From the IMG/VR virus record IMGVR_UViG_3300032272_000003, positions 64,001-128,000 of that record: a stretch of DNA of 64,000 bases; one strand, written 5' to 3'. Positions 34,790 to 45,585 of this stretch are shown here, in pieces. The position numbers and the translations under genes are program-made. This DNA is from a virus. The notes under the pieces are model-generated. The model ran no database searches, was not told where the DNA came from, and saw only the letters and a list, made by a program, of their open reading frames with translations. How positions within the stretch are numbered: the first letter of the stretch is position 1; each line of letters starts with the position of its first letter.

Positions 34790-37336
34790 ATGGCGAATTT
34801 CGATTACACAAATTATAATTACCAAGAATTAATTGCTGAAGTGCAGCGAGTATTAGCTGCTGCCTCTGACAATCCTGCTGTATGGCAGGATTCATATCAT
34901 TCAAGCACAGCCCAGGTGATCATCCAGGTCATTGCTGCTATGACTGATAACCTTCATTATATGCTGGAGAGACGTAGCCAAGAGAACTTCCTACCTACCG
35001 CTCGTTTAGCATCATCAGTAGGAGCAATTGCTAACCTATTGGGATACCGCCCAAGACTCACAGTGTCATCTTCAGGTACGGTACAGCTTATCCTGGACGT
35101 AGCTGCTATTGAGCAGATTGTTATCCCTAAGTACGCCTCGGTGACGCTCGGTGATAAGAACTTTGTTACATCTGACCAGTCATTGATATTGGTTGGAGAG
35201 ACTGTTGTTGATCTTGAAGTGTTCGAGGGTACTGTTGAATTCGTTGAGGTCGATACCACTACCGGTATTATCACCACCAATGATACTGACAAGGATGTGT
35301 TCTATGATTTGACTTCTAACTTCCTCCTTATTAAAGATTACAGTGATATCGAGAATGACAGCTTCCTTATTTCAAGTGATGCTGCTCAAGACTTCTACGA
35401 TGTTACCAAGGCTGACCCTAGTGCCGTAACAGTGGTACCACCTATCGGTGCCCTATCATTTGCTCAGGCCACTGACGAGGTGTTTGACATCCGTTTATCT
35501 AATGATGGGCTACGTGTCCACTTTGGTGATGATGAGTTCGGTGAACGCCCACAGGGTACCCTAACAGTTAAATGGGTCAAGTCTTCTGGCCAGAGTGTAA
35601 CGGTGCCATCTACCGGTGAATCATTCACTATGCCTGATTATCCTACCCTGGAAGATACAGCTCTACCTACACCTAACTCTTACACATATACAATCCTTAA
35701 CACGACTGCTATTGATGGTGCCCTGGCCCCTGAGACTGTGGATCAGATTAAGACCCATGCTCCTGACTTCGCCCGTACCGGTAACCGTGCTGTAACCAAG
35801 CATGACTTCTCATACTGGACTAAGCAATCTGCTGTTGGTGGTATCATCGACGCTGCTGCTTATGGTGAAGAAGAAACAGGCATCACAGTATTCAATGCCA
35901 ATAACGTCAATGTGGTTTACCTACAGACTGACGGTACCGAACTGTCTATCGCCGAGAAGCAAGAACTGAAAGACTTCCTCGACATCTACAAGACTATCAC
36001 TACCCTGGTTATCATTAACCCTGCTGTGAACGTTCCCCTGGATATCGATGTTACAGTCGTACAGAACCCTAACCTATCATTGGCCAGCTCACAGGTAGAA
36101 GACCTGGTACGTTCTGCCCTTGATGAGTTCTTCGAGATTCAGGAAGGCTCTATAGCTAAATCAGCATATCACTCAGAGATCGTTGAACATCTCCAGAACT
36201 ATACTGCTGTTGACCAAACTGGTATATCTAAGAACATCGCTCGTAACGTGACTGTTACTGTTAAGGCTCTGAACATTCTTGACCTGGATGGCTACGGTGA
36301 CCAGGCGGCGGACTTCGTTACAGTTGTCGTCCCTGCCAACCCAACCGGTATAGCAGTGGATGCTACAGTGTATGATTTTGATTGTCTTTTTGATGGCACC
36401 ACTAATATTAACGTAAATGCCCTTGGTTCACAGCTCACTACCTTTGCTGATGTGTTGACACAAATCAATACCCAGATATCAGGATATGGTGTTGCTCGTA
36501 TTAAGAGCGACAAGATCATTATTCAAAGTAATACATTAGGCACCGCATCTGATGTGGACATAACCGATAACAATTGGTGGTCTGCTATGGGCGGAACACT
36601 AGATGCATCAAGTTCTGGTGGTACCAATGCGATTGACACCGTTATCCCTATCCCAGTTTTAGCACAGCCCACTGTACCGGTAGATTTCATCTACCCTACC
36701 TCAGTGTTGCTTGTTGATGAGAACGGAGCCGCTGTTGCTTCTCCGGGCCTCCAGCGTGTTATATATGGTGATGGTATCACTGGTGCCGATAGCACCGGTA
36801 TATCAGGCACTACACCTTACTCAGTAGACATCACTGTCGATGGCGGTGGTGTTCAAACTGTCACCGCACCAGCCAATGACCTATTAACATATGCTGCTGT
36901 GGTAAATGAAATCAATTCCCAGACTACCGGCCTACACTGTGAGCTATTAAATGGTCAATTTATCATCTACAGTCTCGTTAATGGTGCCGGTACAAGCATA
37001 TTAATTGATGATAGTGGCTACGGTGATAAATTATTCACTGATTTAGATGCATTTACGAGTATTGAAGCGGCTGTCCCTGGATTAAATACCGCTGCCGACA
37101 CACCATTAACCGCTGATGTTGGTTATATAGGTGTTGGTACGATTAATTATAAGACTGGTGAGATGGATATGCTCAAGTATTTGGATAATGGTCGCTATTA
37201 TGTGAAGTATTCACAGGATGCTGATCAGAATTTCGCTGCCTCAGCACGCCAAGTACTGTTATTTGATAACCAGGTGCTCACTAATGACCCACTTGCACCA
37301 CAAATACTATCGACTGTGACCGTCGTAACGGCTTAA
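34790..37336 (+). CDS. gp6: Baseplate wedge subunit (gp6 / baseplate J-like) with C-terminal insert domains
   Basis: ENFLPTARL.SSV..IA..LGYRP, FGDDEFGERP and RAVTKHDF motifs. Confidence 0.93.
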   Translation: MANFDYTNYNYQELIAEVQRVLAAASDNPAVWQDSYHSSTAQVIIQVIAAMTDNLHYMLERRSQENFLPTARLASSVGAIANLLGYRPRLTVSSSGTVQLILDVAAIEQIVIPKYASVTLGDKNFVTSDQSLILVGETVVDLEVFEGTVEFVEVDTTTGIITTNDTDKDVFYDLTSNFLLIKDYSDIENDSFLISSDAAQDFYDVTKADPSAVTVVPPIGALSFAQATDEVFDIRLSNDGLRVHFGDDEFGERPQGTLTVKWVKSSGQSVTVPSTGESFTMPDYPTLEDTALPTPNSYTYTILNTTAIDGALAPETVDQIKTHAPDFARTGNRAVTKHDFSYWTKQSAVGGIIDAAAYGEEETGITVFNANNVNVVYLQTDGTELSIAEKQELKDFLDIYKTITTLVIINPAVNVPLDIDVTVVQNPNLSLASSQVEDLVRSALDEFFEIQEGSIAKSAYHSEIVEHLQNYTAVDQTGISKNIARNVTVTVKALNILDLDGYGDQAADFVTVVVPANPTGIAVDATVYDFDCLFDGTTNINVNALGSQLTTFADVLTQINTQISGYGVARIKSDKIIIQSNTLGTASDVDITDNNWWSAMGGTLDASSSGGTNAIDTVIPIPVLAQPTVPVDFIYPTSVLLVDENGAAVASPGLQRVIYGDGITGADSTGISGTTPYSVDITVDGGGVQTVTAPANDLLTYAAVVNEINSQTTGLHCELLNGQFIIYSLVNGAGTSILIDDSGYGDKLFTDLDAFTSIEAAVPGLNTAADTPLTADVGYIGVGTINYKTGEMDMLKYLDNGRYYVKYSQDADQNFAASARQVLLFDNQVLTNDPLAPQILSTVTVVTA

Positions 37337-37347
37337 TGGAGTATTAA

Positions 37348-38700
37348 ATGCCAGCATTAGATTTAGGAACAGCATTAACCACATCATATTCCACAGTTAG
37401 TGGTAGTGTGTTTAATGTCGGCTTAATAAAAGAACGTGTTAATCGTTATTTCCCATCTAATATTCGTGAAAAGGAAAATGTAGAAGAATTCCAAGAGGGT
37501 ATTGGTAATATTCTGGCAGGCTTCAGAAACTCAATTGAGAATATGAAGTCATTTGTTGATCCTACCAAGATCACCACAGACTTTCTTGATAAACTCGGGG
37601 CACAGTTCGACCTCGAATTCCCTAAAGGTGTTACTGAGGAAAAACGTAGGCTTCAAATAAGGGATGCAATCTTTGCATATCGTACCGCTGGTACTGAACG
37701 TGCTCTTATTCGTTTATTCCGCTTAATAGGTTGGGATGTCAATATCGATTACTGCTGGACCCTTAGCCCATTGGGTGCCTCTGAGATACAAATTTACTAT
37801 GACGGGTCAGTGATATACACCGAGCCATCAAACTTTACATATAACAACACCGGTATTACCCCGGTACTGCCCGGTGGAATCATCTTTGGTAATGAGTTCA
37901 TCAATCCTGGTGACGGTAAGGTATACCTGAATGCATATGATGACTTTGGTAACACCTACAACGATCTGTCTATCTATGGGGAGACTTATGGTAATGGTGA
38001 CACCGGCATCATGGTTAAGCTACCTTACATCCGTCTGACTATCAATGAGACTGACTATGGTGACATCACCCAGGAATACATTGATCCAATAACAGGCATA
38101 CCATATGCTTATACCGAGAGTGAAGAGTTCAGCATCATCGAAGAGACTATTCGATTCTTCTTAGATGAAGGTCGTCCTGCTAACGTGGCTGTCCTTGACT
38201 TGGTGACGTTCTCATTCAAGGAAGACCACATACTCTTCGGTGCTAAGGATACGTTAACTGAAATCACTCCTGAATACTCTGGGGCCTATGATGGTACCTG
38301 GGCATATGGTATGCCCATAGACCCATACGAATTTGATGAGAACTATGACCTATTCTTATATGGAGATGTGTCACTATTAGCATCACCACCTGCGGCTGTC
38401 ACAGATGACTTTGAATACGTCTCGGGTGTCTCTGGTATCCAGCAATGGGTTCCTACAAGGGATACATGTGATATCTACTTAGAACTGCCTACCGAGGCTA
38501 TCGTTGAGGTTCAATGGTCTGATTCACCGCGTACCGTAATTGCTGCCGGTGGTGGAGATTGGTACACACATACTATTGTTAATGGTATTGCTGCCGGTGG
38601 AGCATGGGTTGGTAGTCAATCGACTGTTAGAGCGTTAAGGCTAAATATCACTACACCATCAGCATCAACTAACATATTACTGAGGATTACAAATCTATGA
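37348..38700 (+). CDS. Baseplate wedge protein (gp7 / P2 gpI-like)
   Basis: FLDKLG..F, YRTAGTERALIRLFRLIG and RPANV motifs; follows gp6. Confidence 0.75.
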   Translation: MPALDLGTALTTSYSTVSGSVFNVGLIKERVNRYFPSNIREKENVEEFQEGIGNILAGFRNSIENMKSFVDPTKITTDFLDKLGAQFDLEFPKGVTEEKRRLQIRDAIFAYRTAGTERALIRLFRLIGWDVNIDYCWTLSPLGASEIQIYYDGSVIYTEPSNFTYNNTGITPVLPGGIIFGNEFINPGDGKVYLNAYDDFGNTYNDLSIYGETYGNGDTGIMVKLPYIRLTINETDYGDITQEYIDPITGIPYAYTESEEFSIIEETIRFFLDEGRPANVAVLDLVTFSFKEDHILFGAKDTLTEITPEYSGAYDGTWAYGMPIDPYEFDENYDLFLYGDVSLLASPPAAVTDDFEYVSGVSGIQQWVPTRDTCDIYLELPTEAIVEVQWSDSPRTVIAAGGGDWYTHTIVNGIAAGGAWVGSQSTVRALRLNITTPSASTNILLRITNL

Positions 38701-39494
38701 TTTTAAAAGACGGCATAAGCAAGCCAAAGGGTAAATTGGTGATGGAACGTGTATGTGCTATCACTGGTAAGCATATCGATTTCACTCCTGTTTGCAACGT
38801 AGTCGTATTGGGTGCTAAGTTCACTCTCCTACGTGGTATTGGTGGTGACACCAGTACAGCATATCATATAAGAAGAATCAAGCTGGGTCGTGACTTTGTT
38901 AACGCTTGGTTACCTTCTAGTGGTGATCTGACTACTGATGTTGGTGACCCTACCAAACGTAAGATCGACGGCTTCGGTACCGACCTTATTACTGAACTGT
39001 TACCTGATGCCGCTGCTATTGCCGCCCTAGCCGATGGTAAGATATGGATAAGGATCGTTTCATCTGATGAACGTCGTAAGGTTATTGCTATTGATGGTGG
39101 TACTCAGTCATTAACAATCGATTTCAAGTTCGATACTGACCTCGTTAATGAGCAATTTGAATTTGAGATAGGCTACAGCAATGGTGACCCAGAAGCTCCA
39201 CTGGATACCTTTGATACCACAAATATGAATGTTGTTTTTGATGATGCTGCTGAGAGCTATGCACCGTTTACTAATAACTTCGATCTTGTTGATCCGAAGG
39301 TAGACTTCCAATTCACAGTAATCGGACAGGACGTTATCGATTACCAACTACCGACAGTGGTATCCAATATCAACTTCAGTAGTGCAGCACTACACACCGG
39401 CAATGGAGAAGTGTTCTCATACTTGAGATTCCCTAAGATAGGTATCTCACCACTGATTAACATCAACTTCATCTGGACGATCTATTATGACTAA
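38697..39494 (+). CDS. Baseplate / tail-fibre attachment protein
   Basis: KGKL..NVVV N-terminus; ALHT...FSYLRFPKI...FIWTIYY C-terminus; synteny. Confidence 0.65.
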   Translation: MILKDGISKPKGKLVMERVCAITGKHIDFTPVCNVVVLGAKFTLLRGIGGDTSTAYHIRRIKLGRDFVNAWLPSSGDLTTDVGDPTKRKIDGFGTDLITELLPDAAAIAALADGKIWIRIVSSDERRKVIAIDGGTQSLTIDFKFDTDLVNEQFEFEIGYSNGDPEAPLDTFDTTNMNVVFDDAAESYAPFTNNFDLVDPKVDFQFTVIGQDVIDYQLPTVVSNINFSSAALHTGNGEVFSYLRFPKIGISPLININFIWTIYYD

Positions 39495-39831
39495 GTGCTG
39501 TTCTAAATGTAGACAGTATAAGAGTATAGACTGTTATGGTAATAATAAAACCCGAAAGGATAATTTAAACCCCCAATGTAAGATTGCTGCTAGAGAAGCC
39601 AAAAGACGATCTACTAAATTAATAGCAACACCATCATGGATTGAGTTGAAAATGATAGAGGATTTATATGAAGAATGTAGACTATTATCAATTGAAACAG
39701 GCACACAACATCATGTGGATCATATCATTCCTCTAAATAGTAATAAGGTGTGTGGGTTACACTGCCTAGACAATCTTCAGATTCTATCAGCAAAAGAGAA
39801 TCACACAAAATCGAATAAAGTAGAAGGATAA
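39487..39831 (+). CDS. HNH endonuclease (homing type)
   Basis: ATPSW and HHVDHIIPL....CGLHCLDNLQIL...N..KSNK motifs; AT-rich. Confidence 0.9.
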   Translation: MTKCCSKCRQYKSIDCYGNNKTRKDNLNPQCKIAAREAKRRSTKLIATPSWIELKMIEDLYEECRLLSIETGTQHHVDHIIPLNSNKVCGLHCLDNLQILSAKENHTKSNKVEG

Positions 39832-39835
39832 TACA

Positions 39836-41227
39836 TTGACATTTCCAGCTAAAACTATAGTACAAAGTATACAGATCAATGAGCCTGTATCACCATCAAC
39901 TGCTAATCGTCCTAACGATGATTTAGAGACGAACATTGACAATCTGAGATCGTACCTCCAGGCAAGCCCGGGAACTCACTTCGAGTTCGATCAGGACGCC
40001 TATGTTCCCGGTACCCGTAACTTCGATTACAGTGCTGGTAATGTAAAGGTTAAGGGTGGAGTGAATGTGGTTGCCGCTGGACAGCTTATTCTGACAGCCA
40101 ATAACACCAACTATATTCAGTATGATATCGACACTGTTGGTATCATCTTCAATACAACAGGATTCTCTACCCGTGGTATCCCTTTATGGGAGGTTGTACT
40201 CGATGGTGCTGGTAACATCACAGCGGTTAATGACTACCGTGCATTCACTGTATCTAGCGTCACTGATGCTATTCTTGTTGATTATGATAATAGTGTTAGT
40301 TTATTAACAGCCACCACAGTCCAGGCAGCAATTGATGAAGTGGTCGCTACTCTAACTTCTGGTACCGTGAATGATTCTACAAATCTTAATGGCCAGGTCG
40401 CTTCGTATTACCTGGATTTGGCGAACCACAGTGGTGTTATCAGTGATGGTCAGCATGGTAGTAGAACAGGTGGAACAACACATGCTCTTGCTGTTGCCGC
40501 AACATCTCATGGTTTTATGAGTTCCGGTGACAAATCAAAACTGGACGGTATTGTGGCCGGTGCAGAACCAAACGAATTCTCATTCAAGACTATTATTGTT
40601 GCAACTCAAACAGATGTTGTTGCAGATACCACAACCGATACACTGACAATGGTTGCTGGGGTTGGTATAGAAATACTCACATCTGGCGACACCATCACAT
40701 ACAACAGTAACGGTTTGGTCAGTATTACTTCCAATGACAGTACCCCGGATTATCTTCTTAATAAATTGGTTGCTGGTATAGGTATCACCCTAACAGAGCA
40801 AAATGATGGTGGGGACGAATCTATATTGATAGACAGCCAGGATATTGTCATTCTTGATACTCCAGAAGAGATTACTGGACTGACACACGATTCGACATGG
40901 CGTACTGTCAACAACACAACGCTTAACACCGCACAAGCAAAATCAGCTCTTATTAAAGTAATTGTGAGGGGTAGCAAAGTAGGAACACCCTCAGCTACTG
41001 TAGCCCTATATATGAGAGACCCAGATACTGCCCTAGCAATAGGTGACCAAACAGTTGTTGCAGAATGCACAGTAAATGGTGATGGTGTTAACACCTTTTA
41101 CGATATAGATGTAAACACGCATTGGGTAAATTTGGATGCCGTTTATGATTTTGACTACAATGGCCAAGTGACTGGTACTCCAGACACATCAGATATAAAA
41201 CTTTTTCTGATAGGCTATAAGAAATAA
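39836..41227 (+). CDS. Tail fibre-like protein 1
   Basis: TTG start after AAGGA; ANRP..L..N anchor, VQAAIDE and GFMSSGDKSKLDGI fibre motifs. Confidence 0.8.
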   Translation: MTFPAKTIVQSIQINEPVSPSTANRPNDDLETNIDNLRSYLQASPGTHFEFDQDAYVPGTRNFDYSAGNVKVKGGVNVVAAGQLILTANNTNYIQYDIDTVGIIFNTTGFSTRGIPLWEVVLDGAGNITAVNDYRAFTVSSVTDAILVDYDNSVSLLTATTVQAAIDEVVATLTSGTVNDSTNLNGQVASYYLDLANHSGVISDGQHGSRTGGTTHALAVAATSHGFMSSGDKSKLDGIVAGAEPNEFSFKTIIVATQTDVVADTTTDTLTMVAGVGIEILTSGDTITYNSNGLVSITSNDSTPDYLLNKLVAGIGITLTEQNDGGDESILIDSQDIVILDTPEEITGLTHDSTWRTVNNTTLNTAQAKSALIKVIVRGSKVGTPSATVALYMRDPDTALAIGDQTVVAECTVNGDGVNTFYDIDVNTHWVNLDAVYDFDYNGQVTGTPDTSDIKLFLIGYKK

Positions 41228-41249
41228 GAAATAGGCACAATTCTGAGTA

Positions 41250-41257
41250 GATAAATA
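41250..41257 (+). promoter_or_regulatory. Late promoter GATAAATA
   Basis: Intergenic, upstream of SD GAGGAG. Confidence 0.7.
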
Positions 41258-41285
41258 GAGATATCATTTAAAGAGGAGATTAATA

Positions 41286-41639
41286 ATGAAATTAGGCGAT
41301 TTGATTAATAGTTTAGAGAGCTTACGAGTTCTTTCAGTAAAAGCAGTACCAGCAGCAACAGCATTTACGCTTGGCCGTGTAATCAAAGCTGCGGGTGAAC
41401 ATGAAAAGACTTTCAACGAAGCACGTCAGAAGATGTTTGATCTGTATGGTGTTCCTGTTGAAGGCACAGAACAGGTACGTATCAGTGATGAACACATGGG
41501 TACTTTCAAGCAAGAGATGGAAGACCTACTTGCTGTAGAGATTGATCTGGGGGATGCTCATATAAACATCTCTGGTCTTGGTAGCGTCGAGATCGAAGCA
41601 CGTCATCTGATGAACCTGGAATGGTTAATTAAGGGATAA
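41286..41639 (+). CDS. Small helical protein (DUF1617-like), possible fibre chaperone
   Basis: AFTLGR..K, FNEARQK and F..EMEDLL pattern between fibre genes. Confidence 0.6.
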   Translation: MKLGDLINSLESLRVLSVKAVPAATAFTLGRVIKAAGEHEKTFNEARQKMFDLYGVPVEGTEQVRISDEHMGTFKQEMEDLLAVEIDLGDAHINISGLGSVEIEARHLMNLEWLIKG

Positions 41640-41645
41640 TAATAA

Positions 41646-43028
41646 ATGACAACACCAACCGACTTAAAAGTACCTCTAACCCCTATCACCATAGGGGAAG
41701 CTGGTATACCTATCGTCGCTAACAGACAACCTGCTGAATTGGAGGCTAATATTGATAACATTATTGCCTACCTTGATGGTAACTCTGTGAGTGCATTTGA
41801 CTGGGATGAGGTAGCCACAACTGGCATCTCATTTGCTTATAAGTCTGGTAGGTTCCGTAAAGGACATTCATCTGTACTTATTATTACAGGTACCACGGAT
41901 TTGACTGGTGGAGATGTCCTTCATTATATTTTTGTAGACCAAACCACAGATGCAATTATTAACAATACTACTGGATTTCCTATCGGTAGTATTCCTCTAT
42001 ATGAGATCAGCGTATCCGGGGGTGTTATATCCGTAGTCACAGACGTTAGGGCATACTTTAATACATACCAGGCATCAACCCTACCGGTTGATGATTCTGG
42101 CTTATCTTTTGTTGCTGATAATGTTCAAACAGCAATCGATGAAATAGATACAGTTATTGTCGCTAATACTGGAGACATTTCCAATCTTCAGACAAATAAA
42201 TTGGATATAGCCGGACATACTATTAGCAGAGTAATGGTCACCGATGGTTCTGGTAACATAACAACATCAGCAATAACAACAACAAAGCTCGATTATTTGG
42301 GTGATGTAACAAGTCTTATCCAGGCCCAATTGAATAGTAAAGAACCGACTATTACTGGTGCTGCCACGACTATTACTGGTGCCGACCTAACAGCAAATAG
42401 AGTAGTAATATCAAGTGGTGTTGGTAAAATATCAATAAGCACAGTAACCACAACAGAACTTGGATGGCTCACTGGTGTATCAAGCAATATTCAAACACAA
42501 TTGAATGGTAAATCTTCTGTTAGTCATAATCACGATAGTACATATCTCAGACTATCAGGAGGATCACAAAGCGTCTCAGCGACAACAATTTTTACATCTG
42601 ATAATTTATACGTCGGTACTGATGGTGGTGGTGATTCTGATATGTATTTCTATGCTGATTTTAGCAACACTTGGCGAACCCTTCGTTGGGATAATAGTTC
42701 TAATGAATTTCAAGTAGAAGACAGTGGCAGCAATATGAGAACATTAATACACTCTGGTAATATTGATACGTATGTTAGTATTCCAGCTGTTGGGTCTGTT
42801 GGGTCTTACGCTCTATTAATGAACTTCGAAGTTGGTGACTATACTGTCTCTGCTGGTTCAACAATGGCCGGTTCACGATTAAGATACTGGGGTGCTTCTG
42901 CTGATGATTTTGGTACTGTTGATAGTAATGGATATGGTACTACACCATCAGGAACATGGAGAGTCATGGGTAGGGTTAGAACATATGGTAACCGGTTTGG
43001 TTCTACTTTATTTTTGAGGATTAGTTAA
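41646..43028 (+). CDS. Tail fibre-like protein 2
   Basis: N-terminus paralogous to 39836; ELGWLTGVSSNIQTQLN, HNHD and GSVGSY...SGTWRVMG...LFLRIS tip motifs. Confidence 0.85.
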   Translation: MTTPTDLKVPLTPITIGEAGIPIVANRQPAELEANIDNIIAYLDGNSVSAFDWDEVATTGISFAYKSGRFRKGHSSVLIITGTTDLTGGDVLHYIFVDQTTDAIINNTTGFPIGSIPLYEISVSGGVISVVTDVRAYFNTYQASTLPVDDSGLSFVADNVQTAIDEIDTVIVANTGDISNLQTNKLDIAGHTISRVMVTDGSGNITTSAITTTKLDYLGDVTSLIQAQLNSKEPTITGAATTITGADLTANRVVISSGVGKISISTVTTTELGWLTGVSSNIQTQLNGKSSVSHNHDSTYLRLSGGSQSVSATTIFTSDNLYVGTDGGGDSDMYFYADFSNTWRTLRWDNSSNEFQVEDSGSNMRTLIHSGNIDTYVSIPAVGSVGSYALLMNFEVGDYTVSAGSTMAGSRLRYWGASADDFGTVDSNGYGTTPSGTWRVMGRVRTYGNRFGSTLFLRIS

Positions 43029-43411
43029 TGAATACTAGAAATGCAGTACATAACGATGACGGCACAATAGATTGTGAAATCGAACATCCAAATCACGGAT
43101 GGATACCGTTCACAGCTTCGGCTGATGATGTGGAACAACTAGGTAAAGATATATATGCTGCTCTCAGTGTTTCTCAAGGTGTATCACCGTATGTACCACC
43201 TACCCCGGCAGTGAAAATGGCCCGAACCCTTTTAATGGTTCGTGATAGAAGAGATTCATTATTAGCAGCATGTGATTGGACCCATGGTTCAGATTCACCA
43301 TTATCAGTTGATCAAAAGGCACTATGGGCTACGTATAGACAAGAGCTTAGGGATTTCCCAGCCACTATAACAGACCCAGATGTTGTTGTATGGCCAACAC
43401 CACCAACATAA
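43028..43411 (+). CDS. Tail fibre assembly chaperone
   Basis: GWIPFTA and RDSLLAACDWT...WATYRQELRDFP...WPTPP motifs. Confidence 0.85.
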   Translation: MNTRNAVHNDDGTIDCEIEHPNHGWIPFTASADDVEQLGKDIYAALSVSQGVSPYVPPTPAVKMARTLLMVRDRRDSLLAACDWTHGSDSPLSVDQKALWATYRQELRDFPATITDPDVVVWPTPPT

Positions 43412-43439
43412 AGTTTAGACCCTGTTATGGTCGATATAT

Positions 43440-43447
43440 CATAAATA
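43440..43447 (+). promoter_or_regulatory. Late promoter CATAAATA
   Basis: Intergenic consensus variant. Confidence 0.7.
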
Positions 43448-43494
43448 CAAGCATAACGAGTTTAGATCAAAACTATATCAAAGGAGATTAATAG

Positions 43495-43899
43495 ATGAGT
43501 TTTTCAGTATATTTAGAAGCAGCCCTTTTGAATCACACATTCAAGAATGCAGCTTTCACACAACCAACCAACCTTTACGTTGCATTGATGACAGCGGCTC
43601 CTGCCGATGACGCCACTGGTTCTACTATCACAGAACCTTCAGGTAACGGTTATGCTCGGGTAAATCATAATGTATGGGCAGTTGCTACCGTTGGCACCGA
43701 TACTTCTGCTAAGAACACAGGTGCGATCACGTTCCCTACTGCCACCGGCCTATGGGGCACCATTTCACATTTTGCTATTTGTGATGCTGCTACCGTTGGT
43801 AATATGCTCGCATACGGTACTCTTACCACTGCTAAGCAAGTAACAACAGACGATACCCCTTCATTCGCAAGTGAAGCTATCGTTATTACCTTGGAATAA
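43495..43899 (+). CDS. Conserved small beta-rich virion fibre subunit
   Basis: LYVAL.TA.P, GYAR and ITFPTAT..WGTISHFAI.DA.T.GN.L motifs; own promoter, strong SD and terminator. Confidence 0.75.
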   Translation: MSFSVYLEAALLNHTFKNAAFTQPTNLYVALMTAAPADDATGSTITEPSGNGYARVNHNVWAVATVGTDTSAKNTGAITFPTATGLWGTISHFAICDAATVGNMLAYGTLTTAKQVTTDDTPSFASEAIVITLE

Positions 43900-43926
43900 T
43901 ACTAATACGATTCCACGGCGTTTTTG

Positions 43927-43953
43927 GAAAGGCCCGGTATGGGCCTTTCATTT
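43927..43953 (+). terminator. Rho-independent terminator
   Basis: GAAAGGCCC-GGTAT-GGGCCTTTC. Confidence 0.75.
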
Positions 43954-43984
43954 ATACGACGCTATAATTGACTGATTGGTTATT

Positions 43985-43992
43985 GATAAATA
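43985..43992 (+). promoter_or_regulatory. Late promoter GATAAATA
   Basis: Intergenic consensus variant. Confidence 0.7.
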
Positions 43993-44013
43993 CAAATAAG
44001 CATGGAGATATAA

Positions 44014-45501
44014 ATGGCTTTAATTTTTGCAGATCGTGTTAAAGAAACGACAACTACAACTGGCACCGGTTCATACACCCTTGATGGCTCTGTAATCGGA
44101 CACCAAACATTTTTTGAAGGTATTGGCGACGCCAATACCTGTTACTACTCAATCACCAATGGTGTTGATTGGGAAGTTGGTATTGGTACCGTGAGTGCCG
44201 GTGCCCTGGCGAGAACTACAATTCACGCATCGAGTAATGGCGATGCTGCTGTAAACTGGAGCAGTGGTGTTAAAAATATTTTCTGTACTGTATCAGCATT
44301 CGCAATTACTGCTGCTGGTCCTGCTTCTGCTGTTGGTACAATAGTAACAGGCCCATCAGCCCCTACAGGCGATGGAATATGGCTTGAATGTGACGGCTCT
44401 GTCGTAGCACAGTCTTCTTATGCTGCGTTGTTTGCTGCAATAGGTCATGACTTTGTTATGTATGATAGCACATTCGTGTCTACAGTGACGGCATATAATG
44501 CATTTGGAAGATTCGCTTATGCTGGATCGAATTACCTTGCCACAGATTATGATGGTGGAGTAGGTTTATATTATTCTTCAGACTTAGTGACGTGGACTGC
44601 ATCAACTGGTCATGTCGGTGCCCCAACTAACGACATCGTGGTTGATTCTGTATCTGGTAATGTTGTTATATCTGGTGCTGATGGTTTAGCATACTACTCT
44701 ATCAACGATGGTGTGACATTTACTGCATCTGACTTACCAAATAGTGGGCCGCTAAATCTGGCCACGGGTGGAGGCACTACCGTAGCGTACACTCAGGGTG
44801 GTAGTGGATTTTACTACTCAACAAATGGCGGTGTAAATTGGACAGTTAGTTCGGGTGGCCCTGTGAGTGGATTGACTGGTGTCGATTATGACGCTGTTAA
44901 TGGCGTATTCATAGCTTATGCCGGTGCCGGTGCTGGTGGTGGTACTATCTATAAATCAGCAGACGGTATCACATGGTCTTCTGTAGTCGTAACTTCTGTC
45001 GGTGCTCCTGATATTTACAACCTGCTCGACCAAAACGTTGTATGTGATGATACCGGTATCTGTATAGTTAAGGCTGAACAGGGTATGGCACTCTACGTCA
45101 GTGATGATGGTTTCACTACATGGAGTATAGTTACTACTCATGGTTTTGGTTATGAACATTCTGCTGGAATCGAGTATAGGCTAAATTTTGATTCAGTTAA
45201 TAAGCTGTTTGTATATCACCAACCAGTTAATGATGTGGCTGTACAAGTTACCACAAATCGTAGGTTCTTGACTTCAACTGACGGTATTACTTGGGTAGAT
45301 GTGGAGCTTTATTTACCTCGTGTAGAGCCAAAACTTATGGGTCCAAAAGCCATTAATGGTGACGTGTTATATACCGTATTAACTGGTGCCGGTGCTAAAG
45401 AGATTCATAAACTAAACCCAGCCTACACTAGGGCAACCCAGTTCTTTCTACCAAGCAAAGCGAGAGTGGGCGGCAAGGCATTTATCAAAGCTATAGCATA
45501 A
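44014..45501 (+). CDS. Virion fibre protein with collar-like segment and BNR/Asp-box beta-propeller
   Basis: ADRVKETTTTTGTG N-terminus; WLECDGS...YAALFAAIG; repeated SxDGxTW. Confidence 0.75.
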   Translation: MALIFADRVKETTTTTGTGSYTLDGSVIGHQTFFEGIGDANTCYYSITNGVDWEVGIGTVSAGALARTTIHASSNGDAAVNWSSGVKNIFCTVSAFAITAAGPASAVGTIVTGPSAPTGDGIWLECDGSVVAQSSYAALFAAIGHDFVMYDSTFVSTVTAYNAFGRFAYAGSNYLATDYDGGVGLYYSSDLVTWTASTGHVGAPTNDIVVDSVSGNVVISGADGLAYYSINDGVTFTASDLPNSGPLNLATGGGTTVAYTQGGSGFYYSTNGGVNWTVSSGGPVSGLTGVDYDAVNGVFIAYAGAGAGGGTIYKSADGITWSSVVVTSVGAPDIYNLLDQNVVCDDTGICIVKAEQGMALYVSDDGFTTWSIVTTHGFGYEHSAGIEYRLNFDSVNKLFVYHQPVNDVAVQVTTNRRFLTSTDGITWVDVELYLPRVEPKLMGPKAINGDVLYTVLTGAGAKEIHKLNPAYTRATQFFLPSKARVGGKAFIKAIA

Positions 45502-45523
45502 TAGCTGATATAGTATAGTAAAT

Positions 45524-45557
45524 AAGGCAACATCATATCAATGGTGTTGCCTTTTTT
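45524..45557 (+). terminator. Rho-independent terminator
   Basis: AAGGCAACATC...GGTGTTGCCTT followed by TTTT. Confidence 0.85.
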
Positions 45558-45585
45558 GTGCCCCAAATTTATGATCCCAAAAATC

